A stretch of DNA of 64,000 nucleotides from Bacteroidetes bacterium GWE2_42_24 (GTDB lineage Bacteria; Bacteroidota; Bacteroidia; Bacteroidales; TTA-H9), in assembly GCA_001768515.1 (NCBI GenBank), contig MEOA01000045.1:97406-161405 (forward strand), in the 5' to 3' direction. Made by a program: the position numbers and the translations under genes. Below are positions 1 through 9,811 of the stretch, in pieces; within the stretch, counting starts at the first letter, position 1; each line of letters begins with the position of its first letter. The notes below the pieces were generated by a model. That model had not been told where the DNA came from. It did not search any database and worked only from the letters and a program-made list of their open reading frames with translations.

Positions 1-709
1 CGGTATTCAGGAAGGCTGTGGAAGTGATGAAATCTACTGCCACTTCACTACCGGCGTTGAAGCCATACCATCCAAACCACAATAATCCGCTTCCAATGGC
101 AACCAATGGAATGCTATTGGGAACCGATGATTTTACTCTGCGATCACCAACATAGAAGACTGAGGCGAGCGCTGCAAAACCTGCCGTAGCATGAACAACG
201 ATACCACCTGCAAAGTCAAGAACACCCCACTGTGCCAGCAGACCACCACCCCAAATCATGTGTACGAAGGGATAGTAAACAAAGATCTGCCACACTGTTA
301 GGAAAATAACATATGATTTAAAAGTTACACGGTTCACGAAGGCACCGGTAATCAGGGCCGGGGTAATAATGGCAAACATCATCTGGTAGGCAATAAATAC
401 CACCTCGGGTATTTTTCCATTAGTATACATGGAATCAGGAGAAACACCATTGAGGAAAAACTTATCGAAATTGCCGATAATGCCACCTTCGCCGCCACTG
501 AAACAGAGTGAATAACCGAAAGCGATCCATAGAACAGTTGTCCAGCCCAGTGAAGCGAAGCTCTGGATCATAATCCCCAGAATATTGCGCTTGGTAGCCA
601 GCCCTCCATAGAAGAATGCCAGTCCGGGTGTCATAAGCATCACCAGACTACAGGCTAATAACATGAAACCGGTTGAGCCGGTATCAATTGTTGCGATTTG
701 TAATAACAT
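1..709 (-). CDS. amtB: Ammonium transporter (Amt family), 3' part runs off the window; absent from the ORF track
   Basis: Manual translation from ATG at 709 gives MLLQIATIDTGSTGFMLLACSLVMLMTPGLAFFYGGL...AYQMMFAIITPALITGAF...DFAGGIVVHATAG...WFGWYGFNAGS, all hallmark Amt motifs. Confidence 0.95.
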   Translation of the reverse strand, partial: MLLQIATIDTGSTGFMLLACSLVMLMTPGLAFFYGGLATKRNILGIMIQSFASLGWTTVLWIAFGYSLCFSGGEGGIIGNFDKFFLNGVSPDSMYTNGKIPEVVFIAYQMMFAIITPALITGAFVNRVTFKSYVIFLTVWQIFVYYPFVHMIWGGGLLAQWGVLDFAGGIVVHATAGFAALASVFYVGDRRVKSSVPNSIPLVAIGSGLLWFGWYGFNAGSEVAVDFITSTAFLNT

Positions 710-775
710 ATTGATCTTGATTTAAGTATAATGAATGTTAAACTAGTATGCTTGCGTTTGTATAACCATTAATGA

Positions 776-1501
776 CTAAAGGGTAATCCCAAGTACAAAG
801 TGGATGTTGGAGGTCTGTGGGTTCGCGATAACCGAAGCTTTCAGCGGAAGGGTAAAATCGTTGGTCAGTTTAATGCCCCGGTAGGCGGTAATACCAACGT
901 TCACGACACCTGCTGAAGAGCCGTAAAGGCCTTCTGAAGCCGTGCCTCCCACGAAGATGTCGAAATTGTTTTCGGCAAGTTTCCCCGAGTAGGTTAGTTC
1001 GAAATAGGAGGAATACTTTTGGTTGCCTTCTTCGTTAAGATCGCCTGCACCATAAACGAAGACGCCGGCTAATACTGAAAAGGGCATAACATCAGGATTT
1101 TTGTATTGAACAGCTCCTTCGATCAGATGCCCGGTAGTTTCTTTTTCCCAGTTGAAATATTTCTGGCTTTTGGCTTCAGGAATAGCATCCCCCGGAAAGA
1201 AATAATCGGTGGCTATGACCGATACACCACTAAAGGTGTACTTTGCATAGAGGTCAACCTCCGAATAAGTGCCCAGGGTAGAGATCGCACCCCAGTAACC
1301 CAGCTCAAATCCTGCACCACTCACCGAAAGAGTTGGCTGAATTGAGGGTGAAGAACCGTAATCGAGACCACGCCAGATATAGCGGCTCATAATATCGGCT
1401 CCGGCATTAAACTTAAAGGTATCTTGTTGCTGAGCTGAGAGTCGCGTGTTCAGCATGAAAATTGCCGAAAAAATGACGAGAAATTGAAAGGTGTGTTTCA
1501 T
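776..1501 (-). CDS. Outer-membrane beta-barrel protein, TorF/TIGR02001-like putative porin
   Basis: Signal peptide, SRYIWRG motif, alternating beta-strand pattern, C-terminal LGITL. Lies upstream of amt. Start placed at ATG 1501 (MKHTF). Confidence 0.75.
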   Translation of the reverse strand: MKHTFQFLVIFSAIFMLNTRLSAQQQDTFKFNAGADIMSRYIWRGLDYGSSPSIQPTLSVSGAGFELGYWGAISTLGTYSEVDLYAKYTFSGVSVIATDYFFPGDAIPEAKSQKYFNWEKETTGHLIEGAVQYKNPDVMPFSVLAGVFVYGAGDLNEEGNQKYSSYFELTYSGKLAENNFDIFVGGTASEGLYGSSAGVVNVGITAYRGIKLTNDFTLPLKASVIANPQTSNIHFVLGITL

Positions 1502-1547
1502 AAGAGTGTAATTCTTTATTATTGGTGTGTACGGCAAAAATACAGTA

Positions 1548-1626
1548 GCCCATCTACGTGTGAAATACGTGGATGGGCGTAATTTTTAATAGGTAATTGG
1601 TAAATACGGATAGGTAAATTACCTAT
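1548..1626. promoter_or_regulatory. Inverted-repeat cluster upstream of porin-amt; probable response-regulator sites
   Basis: GCCCATCTACGT..ACGTGGATGGGC (1548-1578) and ATAGGTA-AAT-TACCTAT (1610-1626). TAnnTTTG -7 box on the minus strand at 1535-1542. Confidence 0.5.
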
Positions 1627-1717
1627 TTTTTATATAGAAGACCGATATTTAATTTACACGATGCCAGCCTCTCAGTGCGATGATTATTTCTCGTTTGATG
1701 CCATGTTGCGTGCCGTG

Positions 1718-2371
1718 CTATAGTTTTACAAATCCGTTCCTGACGGCATACAGGATTAATTCTGCACTGCTCTTCAACGACAGCTTTTGCATGATGTGGT
1801 TCTTGTGGCAATCGACCGTGCGGGGGCTGATGAAAAGCTTTGTCGCCATTTCTTTGTTGGTCATTCCGGAAGCCGAGAGAATAAGTATCTCCTTTTCCCG
1901 TGATGTCAAAGAAGCGAGTTCGGCATCGTCTTTTCTCTGGCGCATAAGTCCCTGCATTACTGTTTCAGATACCGAACGACTAAAATAATCTCCGCCGCGG
2001 CTTAACGCGCGGATAGCTTCTGTCAGTTCGGTTTTGGATATGTCTTTGGGCAGATAACCCCTGGCGCCGGCTTGTATGGCATTTATGATGTATTCAGGGG
2101 CGGTATGCATGGAGAGAATCAGAACCGATGTACAGGGGAATGCACTCACGATATCGCGTGTGGCCTCAATACCCGACAGTCCCGGCATGGAGATGTCGAC
2201 AATCGTAACCACGGGAACCTGTACCGACAGAAGTTCCATTAACTGTTTCGCGTCAGCCGCCTCACCGGTTATTTCAATATCAGGTTCGGCCGATAAAAGC
2301 GACTTTAGCCCGTTACGAAAAATCAGATGATCGTCGGCAATTGCCACTGTTATTTTTTTATCGCTGCTCAT
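1718..2371 (-). CDS. NarL/FixJ (LuxR-HTH) family response regulator
   Basis: REC domain (IADDH, VDISMPG, GYLPK) plus LuxR HTH (LTSREKEIL..G.TNKEMA.KLFISPRTV..H). Confidence 0.95.
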   Translation of the reverse strand: MSSDKKITVAIADDHLIFRNGLKSLLSAEPDIEITGEAADAKQLMELLSVQVPVVTIVDISMPGLSGIEATRDIVSAFPCTSVLILSMHTAPEYIINAIQAGARGYLPKDISKTELTEAIRALSRGGDYFSRSVSETVMQGLMRQRKDDAELASLTSREKEILILSASGMTNKEMATKLFISPRTVDCHKNHIMQKLSLKSSAELILYAVRNGFVKL

Positions 2372-3977
2372 GATTTAGGGTTAAATGAATGGTTAGAGTG
2401 GTTCCTTTCAACAGTGCTGCGTTGAGTTCAAATTCACCTCCAAGGATTTGCATGCGCTCCCGTATATTGGAGAGACCGTTTGAACCGGATGATAGCTGCT
2501 TAGGGTCGAAACCCTGTCCATCATCCTGAACGACCATGGTGAGCAGGTTTCCCGCTGACTCAAGACTAAGGGATGCATGTCGGGCTTTCGAATGCTTGAG
2601 GATGTTTTGCAGGGCTTCCTGGGCAATCCGGTAGAGATAGGTGGCCACATGATCGGGCAGGGGGGGGGGAGAAAGCTGCGTGTCAATGATCATGTTTCCG
2701 GTAAGCGCAGCATCGCGGCACAGGTTTCTGAGGGCCTCGGTCAATCCAAGTTCTGTAAGTGCCGGTGGGCGGATGTTGTTAATGATTGCGCGTACTTCGC
2801 CGACGGCTTCTTTTACAATTCCTGATGCAGGTATAGTGAATTGCTGAACCTCATGTGGTTGGCATTCTTTAGTTCTGTCGAGCAGCATGTTCACTGCCAG
2901 CAGCGTCTGTCCCAGACTGTCGTGAATTTCCCGGGCGAGCCGCTGTCTTTCCATCTCCTGACCGTCTATCATGGCCTGCATCCTGTGGAGGCGCTCCTGA
3001 TGTAACTGGTGCGACTGAAGAAGTAGCTTTTGAGCCATCTGGTTAAAACTCTCGGTAAGAGCCCCGGTTTCATCGCCGGAATTGTTTTCAATCACCTGGG
3101 TGTAATCACCTTCAGCAATCTTTTCTGCGGCATTGCGTAGCCGGATAAGCGGTCGGGTGATCTTTCTGACAGCAATCCAAACTGCCATGAAGATGGCCAG
3201 CATAGCAAAAATGCCCAACAACAGGATGTTTCGGCCCAGTGCCTCAACAGGCATAAGCGCCTCATGGCTGTCAATCTCGGCAACTATGGCCCATCTGATA
3301 TGATTAAAAGTGAACGGGGCATAAGAGCCCAGAATTTGTATTCCACGGTAATCGGTGTACACCCCGGTGGATGTTATCCCCTGCATGGCATTGGATATGC
3401 CAGTGGTAACCACTTTAGTCTGAAGGATTGAGTGCCGCTGAAACCGTGAAGTTGAGCGCATCAGTGTATCAGAACCGGTGAGGTAGGCTTCGCCCGTCCT
3501 TCCGAGGCCACTGTATGGATTTTTATTAACCATCAGTTGATTAAGCCCGTTTTTGTTGACGGCAAGCTGCATTATTTCTCCGTCTGGTTTGATGAAAATT
3601 ATATATAAAGGCGCTTTTTCTTTAACGCGCAGCAATGGTTTTTCCCAAAGTATGATTGTGTCTTCCCCGTGAGGAAAAACAGGAAGTCTGCCACCAGGCC
3701 ATTCGCCGGCAAGGAGTTCGTTAAAACCTTCAGGAAGTGCCCCTTTGAAGTCGCCTTGTGAAAACCTTTCGGCTTCATTTAATAGATTATGAAGATAGTG
3801 CTCAAGGCTTTGCTGCTTTTCAACCCTGACTGCAATCAGTTGCTGAAAGGTGCGCTCCATGATCGCGTCACGGGCGCTGAACCAGACATAACTCCCAAAC
3901 CAGATCATGGCAGGCATAGCCAGAATCAGGGTGTAAACCACCAATTTTTCCGTAAGGTTGATTTTCCTTATCGTCAT
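2358..3977 (-). CDS. Membrane sensor histidine kinase (Cache-like periplasmic domain, HAMP, HisKA_3, HATPase)
   Basis: Two TM segments, HAMP, ERQRLAREIHDSLGQ H-box, QEALQNILKHS N-box, DDGQGF. Overlaps the regulator start. Confidence 0.93.
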   Translation of the reverse strand: MTIRKINLTEKLVVYTLILAMPAMIWFGSYVWFSARDAIMERTFQQLIAVRVEKQQSLEHYLHNLLNEAERFSQGDFKGALPEGFNELLAGEWPGGRLPVFPHGEDTIILWEKPLLRVKEKAPLYIIFIKPDGEIMQLAVNKNGLNQLMVNKNPYSGLGRTGEAYLTGSDTLMRSTSRFQRHSILQTKVVTTGISNAMQGITSTGVYTDYRGIQILGSYAPFTFNHIRWAIVAEIDSHEALMPVEALGRNILLLGIFAMLAIFMAVWIAVRKITRPLIRLRNAAEKIAEGDYTQVIENNSGDETGALTESFNQMAQKLLLQSHQLHQERLHRMQAMIDGQEMERQRLAREIHDSLGQTLLAVNMLLDRTKECQPHEVQQFTIPASGIVKEAVGEVRAIINNIRPPALTELGLTEALRNLCRDAALTGNMIIDTQLSPPPLPDHVATYLYRIAQEALQNILKHSKARHASLSLESAGNLLTMVVQDDGQGFDPKQLSSGSNGLSNIRERMQILGGEFELNAALLKGTTLTIHLTLNHEQR

Positions 3978-4112
3978 AATTCCTCCTTGGAACTGGCAAA
4001 TGTAGCAGTTATTCCATTTCCCGGTTACAAGTGATCAGATCGGACTAAAAATCTCAGTTATGAAAATTGAGGTTCTATCGTGAATTATGTGATACTTACA
4101 AAAGCCAGAATC

Positions 4113-4545
4113 TGAATGGCCATGTTTCTTTTAGGTTATCAAGAAGCCCGACATTTTTATTGAACTTACTTATTCATCCGACCTTTATCTAACACCTTTA
4201 ATAACTGCATCAGGAAACGATGCATGTCTTTTTTATTGTCTATCTCATGGATAAATTCCAAATTCCGGATACGTTTTTATATTAATTTAGCCCCTCCTGA
4301 ACAAAATATTTCAACTTTTTTTTAATTATTTTTGTAATATACGATTACAAAAATCCTTTTTTTAATTAATTGGTTATGGGTTATTTAAAGATAAAAAACA
4401 CACAAGAGAGGGGACAAAGATAGGCCAAAGTTAGGGCAAAGTTATGTTTTTCTTATGTATCGCCTATGGTTGTAGTAACGTTTGAGTATCTTATATATGA
4501 AAGGAATGTAACTATGTGTAATTTTTGGCACAATTTTAGTGGTCA
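4113..4545 (+). repeat. Dispersed non-coding module, copy 1
   Basis: 4446-4500 matches 29012-29066 at 54/55 nt. The whole segment aligns by eye to the reverse complement of 58466-58898. Confidence 0.92.
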
Positions 4546-5110
4546 TCATTAAACAACAATTTTAGTTATGGGAATAATCCGGGCAGAACCACTACCAGTC
4601 ACCTGATACTCCTCAAACGATTTAAAAGTGAACATAGAAATTCTAACCTCCACCATGTGGAAAGCCATACCATGCATTCTCTATGGTCTGTATCGGAGCA
4701 ACTTGAACAATTTATAGAATTCTTTGCTGTTCTGCCGGTGTTTGTGTGAATTGTGATCATCAATCCGATTAGCCGGGGCTTCTACTGCTTCCGATCCTGA
4801 ATACAATATAATGGAATGGCAAATGGATGTTCCTATATAAATGTATTTTTCGTATTAACGGCTAAGCAATATCCTTCGATACTCTGATGTAGTAAGTGTA
4901 ATAGCAAATGCAATATTGGTTGTTCAGGCAGAGATGAGAATATTTCATAGTATCCTGCTATATAATGAATCATACATAACCTGGCGGAATGCATTAAGAA
5001 AGGTGGATAAGTATTGAAGAATTGGAGATGCAGCGTATGAGAAGCTTCAAGAGTATACAAGTGGTGCGCTTGAGAAAACTGCCAGCAGATTATGCAGATC
5101 TTTAAAAAAA

Positions 5111-5150
5111 AATCAGCCCTTACAATTTGTTGTAACGGGCTGATTTTCTT
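5111..5150. terminator. Intrinsic terminator downstream of tRNA-Thr, possibly bidirectional
   Basis: AATCAGCCCTTACAA-tttg-TTGTAACGGGCTGATT flanked by an A9 tract and a T-rich tract. Confidence 0.8.
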
Positions 5151-5152
5151 TG

Positions 5153-5225
5153 AGCCGATGAAGGGACTTGAACCCCCGACCAGCTGATTACAAATCAGCT
5201 GCTCTACCAACTGAGCTACATCGGC
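5153..5225 (-). tRNA. tRNA-Thr (TGT)
   Basis: Reverse complement GCCGATGTAGCTCAGTTGGTAGAGCAGCTGATTTGTAATCAGCTGGTCGGGGGTTCAAGTCCCTTCATCGGCT folds as a cloverleaf with anticodon TGT; CCA not encoded. Confidence 0.97.
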
Positions 5226-5406
5226 AAGGTTTTGTCGAAACCGGTGGCAAAAGTAAGAAAAGCGTTTGATTCTGGCAAACAGTTTTAGTATATTTATTTA
5301 TATTCGATCTGTTGGAGGCTCCGGAACAGCGGGTGGGGGCAATGACCTTTTTTTATACCTTTGCGCCTTAAATACTGTACCTGAAAAGAACAAACTCATT
5401 AACTGT

Positions 5407-6279
5407 ATGCCTTTCAGAATAATAGTTCTTGCCAAACAAGTACCCGATACGCGCAATGTTGGCAAAGATGCCATGAAAGCCGACGGGACTGTCAACAGGG
5501 CCGCATTGCCTGCCATTTTCAATCCCGAAGATTTACATGCCCTCGAACTGGCCCTTAGAATTAAGGATCAGATAAACGATGCAGAAATTGTAGTCGTGAG
5601 TATGGGACCCGGCAGGGCTGCCGAGATCATTCGTGAAGCCATGTACCGTGGTGCCGATCGGGGTGTTTTGGTCACAGATCGTAAATTTGCCGGAAGCGAT
5701 ACCCTTGCTACCAGCTACGCCTTGTCACTGGCGGTAAAGAAGTTGGCTCCATTCAATGTGTTGATTGCAGGACGTCAGGCCATCGACGGGGATACCGCAC
5801 AGGTTGGACCGCAAACAGCCGAGAAGTTGCACATTCCACAGATTACCTATGCCGAAGAACTGGTTGACGTCAATTCAAAGCAGATTACCATCAAGCGCAG
5901 GCTTGAGCGTGGTATTGAAGTGGTGCGTTCACCGCTGCCGGTTGCCATTACCGTACATAGTTCGGCTCCTGTATGCCGCCCCCGTAATGCCATATTGGTG
6001 ATGAAATTCAAACACGCCCGTACTACTACGGAACTTCAGGAGGAGACCAAAGATTACACCGAATTGCGGTTGTATCGCCCTTACCTGAACATCGAAGAAT
6101 GGTCGGTTGAAGACATTCAGGCTGAGACCGAAAAGTTGGGTCTGTCGGGATCACCTACCAAGGTAAAAAAGATTGAAAATGTGGTGCTTCAGCGTAAAGA
6201 GTCAAAGGCCTTTACAGCCGATGATAAAGATATTGATCTTCTGATGCAGGAACTTATGGCATCACACGTGATTGGCTAA
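5407..6279 (+). CDS. etfB: Electron transfer flavoprotein beta subunit
   Basis: KQVPD, NPED, GSDTLATS and GRQAIDGDTAQVG motifs. Start moved to ATG 5407. Confidence 0.93.
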   Translation: MPFRIIVLAKQVPDTRNVGKDAMKADGTVNRAALPAIFNPEDLHALELALRIKDQINDAEIVVVSMGPGRAAEIIREAMYRGADRGVLVTDRKFAGSDTLATSYALSLAVKKLAPFNVLIAGRQAIDGDTAQVGPQTAEKLHIPQITYAEELVDVNSKQITIKRRLERGIEVVRSPLPVAITVHSSAPVCRPRNAILVMKFKHARTTTELQEETKDYTELRLYRPYLNIEEWSVEDIQAETEKLGLSGSPTKVKKIENVVLQRKESKAFTADDKDIDLLMQELMASHVIG

Positions 6280-6312
6280 TCTCCCTACAAATATTTAAAA
6301 ACCTGAAAGATT

Positions 6313-7335
6313 GTGAACAACGTCATAGTATATTGTGAGATCACCGAAGAAGGCCATGTTGCAGAGGTGAGTCAGGAACTCCTTTCCAAAGGAAGGAAAT
6401 TAGCCAGCGATCTGGGCATAAAGCTTGAAGCCATAGCTATTGGCAATAAACTCGATAACATCGAAAAAGATATTCTCCCTTATGGCGCAGATGTGATACA
6501 TATTGCCGATGATAAACGGCTGTTTCCCTATACCACACTTCCCCATGCAGCCATTTTGCTTAAACTATTTGAGGAGATAAAACCTGAAATCGCGCTATTT
6601 GGAGCTACTTCCATTGGCCGTGATCTGGCTCCACGGGTTGCTTCAGCCATGCGCTGCGGACTGACTGCTGATTGTACAAGTCTCGAAATTGGAGACCATA
6701 CTGAAGCCAAGACAAATACGACTTATAAGAACCTGCTATATCAGATTCGCCCTGCATTTGGGGGTAATATCATTGCCACCATCATCAATCCCGACACCCG
6801 GCCTCAGATGGCTACAGTTCGTGAAGGCGTGATGAAGAAAGAATTCTGGCCGGCAGTTGCCAAGCCAGAAGTAAACAAACTTGATGTTGCAAAATATGTG
6901 AATGATGAGCAGTTTGTGGTCAGGATCATTGAGCGGCATATTGAGTCGCAAAAGATCAACATCAAAAATGCCCAGGTGATCGTGGCAGGTGGCTACGGTG
7001 TAGGTTCAAAAGAAAACTTCGATCTACTGTTTGATCTGGCTGACGTATTGGGGGCACAGGTTGGTGCTTCACGCGCAGCCGTTGATGCCGGCTATGTTGA
7101 ACATGAGCGGCAGATCGGGCAGACAGGGGTTACCGTACGTCCAAAACTTTACATCGCCTGCGGTATCAGTGGTGCCGTACAGCACCGCGCCGGCATGGAT
7201 CAGGCTTCGATGATTATCTCCGTCAATACCGATCCCAATGCCCCTATTAATCAGATTGCCGATTATACAATACTCGGGCAGGTACATGAAGTGGTACCAC
7301 GTATGATTAAATATTACAGGCAAAACAGTAAATAA
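6313..7335 (+). CDS. etfA: Electron transfer flavoprotein alpha subunit
   Basis: GLTADCT, RPAFGGN, GASRAAVD, QIGQTG, GISGAVQH motifs. Confidence 0.95.
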   Translation: MNNVIVYCEITEEGHVAEVSQELLSKGRKLASDLGIKLEAIAIGNKLDNIEKDILPYGADVIHIADDKRLFPYTTLPHAAILLKLFEEIKPEIALFGATSIGRDLAPRVASAMRCGLTADCTSLEIGDHTEAKTNTTYKNLLYQIRPAFGGNIIATIINPDTRPQMATVREGVMKKEFWPAVAKPEVNKLDVAKYVNDEQFVVRIIERHIESQKINIKNAQVIVAGGYGVGSKENFDLLFDLADVLGAQVGASRAAVDAGYVEHERQIGQTGVTVRPKLYIACGISGAVQHRAGMDQASMIISVNTDPNAPINQIADYTILGQVHEVVPRMIKYYRQNSK

Positions 7336-7373
7336 CAGGCGGACTGAAGTTATTACCAAAAAATTGAAGAAAA

Positions 7374-9089
7374 ATGGCTAATTATTATACCGATAATAAG
7401 AATCTACGCTTCCATCTCGAACATCCATTGATGGAGAAAATTGTTCGCCTGAAAGAGCAGAATTATATCGACAAAGAGAAGTATGATTATGCTCCGCTTG
7501 ATTACGAAGACACTATCGATAGTTACGATAAGGTGTTAGAAATCGTCGGTGAAATCTCTGGCGATATCATAGGGCCCAATGCTGAATCTGTTGATCACGA
7601 TGGCCCGAAGATCGTCAACAACGAGGTGGTTTATGCACCCGGTACTCAGAAGAATCTTGAGGCTATTGTGAATGCGGGTCTTTTCGGCATGTCGCTTCCT
7701 CGGGAATTTGGCGGGCTTAATTTCGCCATGGTGCCCTATGTGATGGCTGCTGAGATTGTGTCGCGTTCCGATGCCGGATTTGCTAACATCTGGGGTTTGC
7801 AGGATTGTGCCGAGACCATTCATGAGTTTGCATCTGAAGAAATCAAACGTGAATTTTTACCACGCTTTGCGAAAGGAGCCACAGCAGCAATGGATCTTAC
7901 TGAGCCAGATGCAGGCAGCGATTTACAGGCAGTTCAATTAAAGGCCACCTGGGATGAGGCAGCAAAGGTATGGCGTCTGAATGGGGTGAAGCGTTTTATC
8001 ACCAATGGCGATGCTCATGTATCGCTTGTGCTGGCCCGCTCAGAAGAAGGAACTTCCGATGCACGTGGTTTGTCGTTATTTGTATACGACCGTGCAAGTC
8101 AGGCTATGACAGTAAGACGTATCGAGAATAAACTTGGTATTAAGGGTTCGCCGACGTGTGAACTGGTGTTTAACAATGCACCGGCTCATCTGATTGGCGA
8201 CCGCAAGATGGGCCTCATCAAATATGTTATGTCGTTGATGAACTCTGCCCGCCTGGGGGTTGGTGCGCAGTCGGTCGGTATTGCCGAGGCTGCTTATCGT
8301 GAAGCTGTTAAATATGCCCACGAGCGCGAGCAGTTTGGTAAGGCCATCGTCAATTACCCAGCGGTATACGAGATGCTCACCCTTATGAAGGTGCGTACCG
8401 ATGCCATCCGTAGTTTGCTCTATGAAACCGCTCGTTTTGTAGATGTGTACAAGGCTTACAACATCATTGCCGAAACCCGTAAGCTGGATGCCGACGAGCG
8501 GAATGAGGCCAAGAGCTACCAGAAGTTGGCTGATGTGTTCACTCCTTTGCTGAAACTGTTTTCATCGGAGTATTGTAACCAGATTGCCTATGATTCTCTG
8601 CAGATTCATGGCGGGACAGGTTTCATGAAGGATTTTCCCATCGAAAGGATTTACCGGGATGCCCGCATCACAACAATCTACGAAGGTACGAGTCAGTTGC
8701 AGGTGGTAGCTGCCATCCGTGGTGTTACCAGTGGTTTGTTGTTAAAGGTACTCCGAGATTATGCGGGTCGTAATGTTCATCCCGAGCAGGAGCCATTGCG
8801 CAGGGTGCTTATCAGCATGACAGACAGATACGAACAGGCCGTGAGTTTCATCGAGGAATTCAAAGATGGCGAATATACTGATTTCCATGCACGTCGTCTT
8901 GTTGAATTGGCCGGTAACATCGTGATGGGTTATCTGCTGCTTGATGACTGCCAGCGTGATGATTCCTTTGAGCGGACAGCCAACATCTTCATTACGAAGG
9001 TAAATGCAGAAAACCTTCAGCATGAAAACTATATCAAAACCTTCAATCCCAAAGAACTCGGTGAGTTCAAGGCGGTTTTTGAAGCATAA
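7374..9089 (+). CDS. Acyl-CoA dehydrogenase (long form with C-terminal extension)
   Basis: LTEPDAGSD, NGVKRFITNG, REQFGK, QIHGG.G, IYEGTSQLQ motifs; in an operon with etfBA. Confidence 0.93.
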   Translation: MANYYTDNKNLRFHLEHPLMEKIVRLKEQNYIDKEKYDYAPLDYEDTIDSYDKVLEIVGEISGDIIGPNAESVDHDGPKIVNNEVVYAPGTQKNLEAIVNAGLFGMSLPREFGGLNFAMVPYVMAAEIVSRSDAGFANIWGLQDCAETIHEFASEEIKREFLPRFAKGATAAMDLTEPDAGSDLQAVQLKATWDEAAKVWRLNGVKRFITNGDAHVSLVLARSEEGTSDARGLSLFVYDRASQAMTVRRIENKLGIKGSPTCELVFNNAPAHLIGDRKMGLIKYVMSLMNSARLGVGAQSVGIAEAAYREAVKYAHEREQFGKAIVNYPAVYEMLTLMKVRTDAIRSLLYETARFVDVYKAYNIIAETRKLDADERNEAKSYQKLADVFTPLLKLFSSEYCNQIAYDSLQIHGGTGFMKDFPIERIYRDARITTIYEGTSQLQVVAAIRGVTSGLLLKVLRDYAGRNVHPEQEPLRRVLISMTDRYEQAVSFIEEFKDGEYTDFHARRLVELAGNIVMGYLLLDDCQRDDSFERTANIFITKVNAENLQHENYIKTFNPKELGEFKAVFEA

Positions 9090-9176
9090 TTTTTTAATGT
9101 GAAAAATTCTGTATGAGACGTTTGTTAAGTGTTTGTACAGAATTTTTTTCTATGTTTGGTTATTAATTCACCTTTT

Positions 9177-9797
9177 ATGCGTTTGCCTGACAAAATCAAA
9201 TCGACGCTCATAGGCTGGATGTACGGGAAGTATAGTTATCGTTATTTAAGCTATTTCAAATCCCGGAAAATCTGGACGCCTAAATCACCTTGTGTGAAGA
9301 GTGAGATTCAGGCGCTACTGCTCCCATTTTTCCAGAAGCCGAGAAATTCGGCTTTCTTTCAGACCGAAAAGAATATCCATTTTGGTGATATTCCTTTCCA
9401 GACTTCTCTTTCAACATTTTTAAAACGCAGGCTTGAGCCTGTATGTTTCAGTGCTTTCATGCTTGATCAACACGAAATGCGTGTTTTTGGCTATCCGGCA
9501 GATTTTAATGGTTTTCCTGTAAAATCTGCATGGTTTTTCCTTAATAACTCATTGGTGATGGGAGAGTACCAGTTTAACCTGCGTGACGACGACCATTCCC
9601 GTATTGTCGCGATGCTTACCAGGGTTTATGCGCTGGCTGACATGAATGCGAAAGAGAATTTTTACATTGAGGATGAGACCGGAAGTATCATCTACGCCGA
9701 ACGTAAGGGCGGTAAGTTTTTCCTGCGATTCTTCACACAAGACAATTCTGAGAGGTATAATCTGATCGAAAAATGGATTAAGAAGCTACAGAAGTAG
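9177..9797 (+). CDS. Hypothetical protein
   Basis: ORF of about 206 aa from ATG 9177 that fills the gap before a shared terminator; no recognisable motif. Confidence 0.65.
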   Translation: MRLPDKIKSTLIGWMYGKYSYRYLSYFKSRKIWTPKSPCVKSEIQALLLPFFQKPRNSAFFQTEKNIHFGDIPFQTSLSTFLKRRLEPVCFSAFMLDQHEMRVFGYPADFNGFPVKSAWFFLNNSLVMGEYQFNLRDDDHSRIVAMLTRVYALADMNAKENFYIEDETGSIIYAERKGGKFFLRFFTQDNSERYNLIEKWIKKLQK

Positions 9798-9811
9798 TGC
9801 TTATGAAGAGT

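Noticed and set aside
4455-4475. Micro-ORF MYRLWL* present in all three module cores (one TTG/CTG synonymous change)
   Set aside because: Only 6 codons and one substitution, which is also synonymous in another frame; the conservation is explained by the DNA motif. Worth revisiting only if more copies show codon-like variation.
4113-4545. Module interpreted as a CRISPR array or IS/MITE
   Set aside because: No repeat-spacer periodicity, no cas genes, no terminal inverted repeats or target duplication visible.
4833-5210. 125-aa minus-strand ORF
   Set aside because: Begins inside tRNA-Thr and reads through its terminator; an artefact.
5266-5406. N-terminal extensions in the ORF track (etfB; likewise 17776-17847, 48831-48887, 57920-57964)
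   Set aside because: The extensions run through promoter boxes or neighbouring genes; downstream ATGs match the family N-termini.
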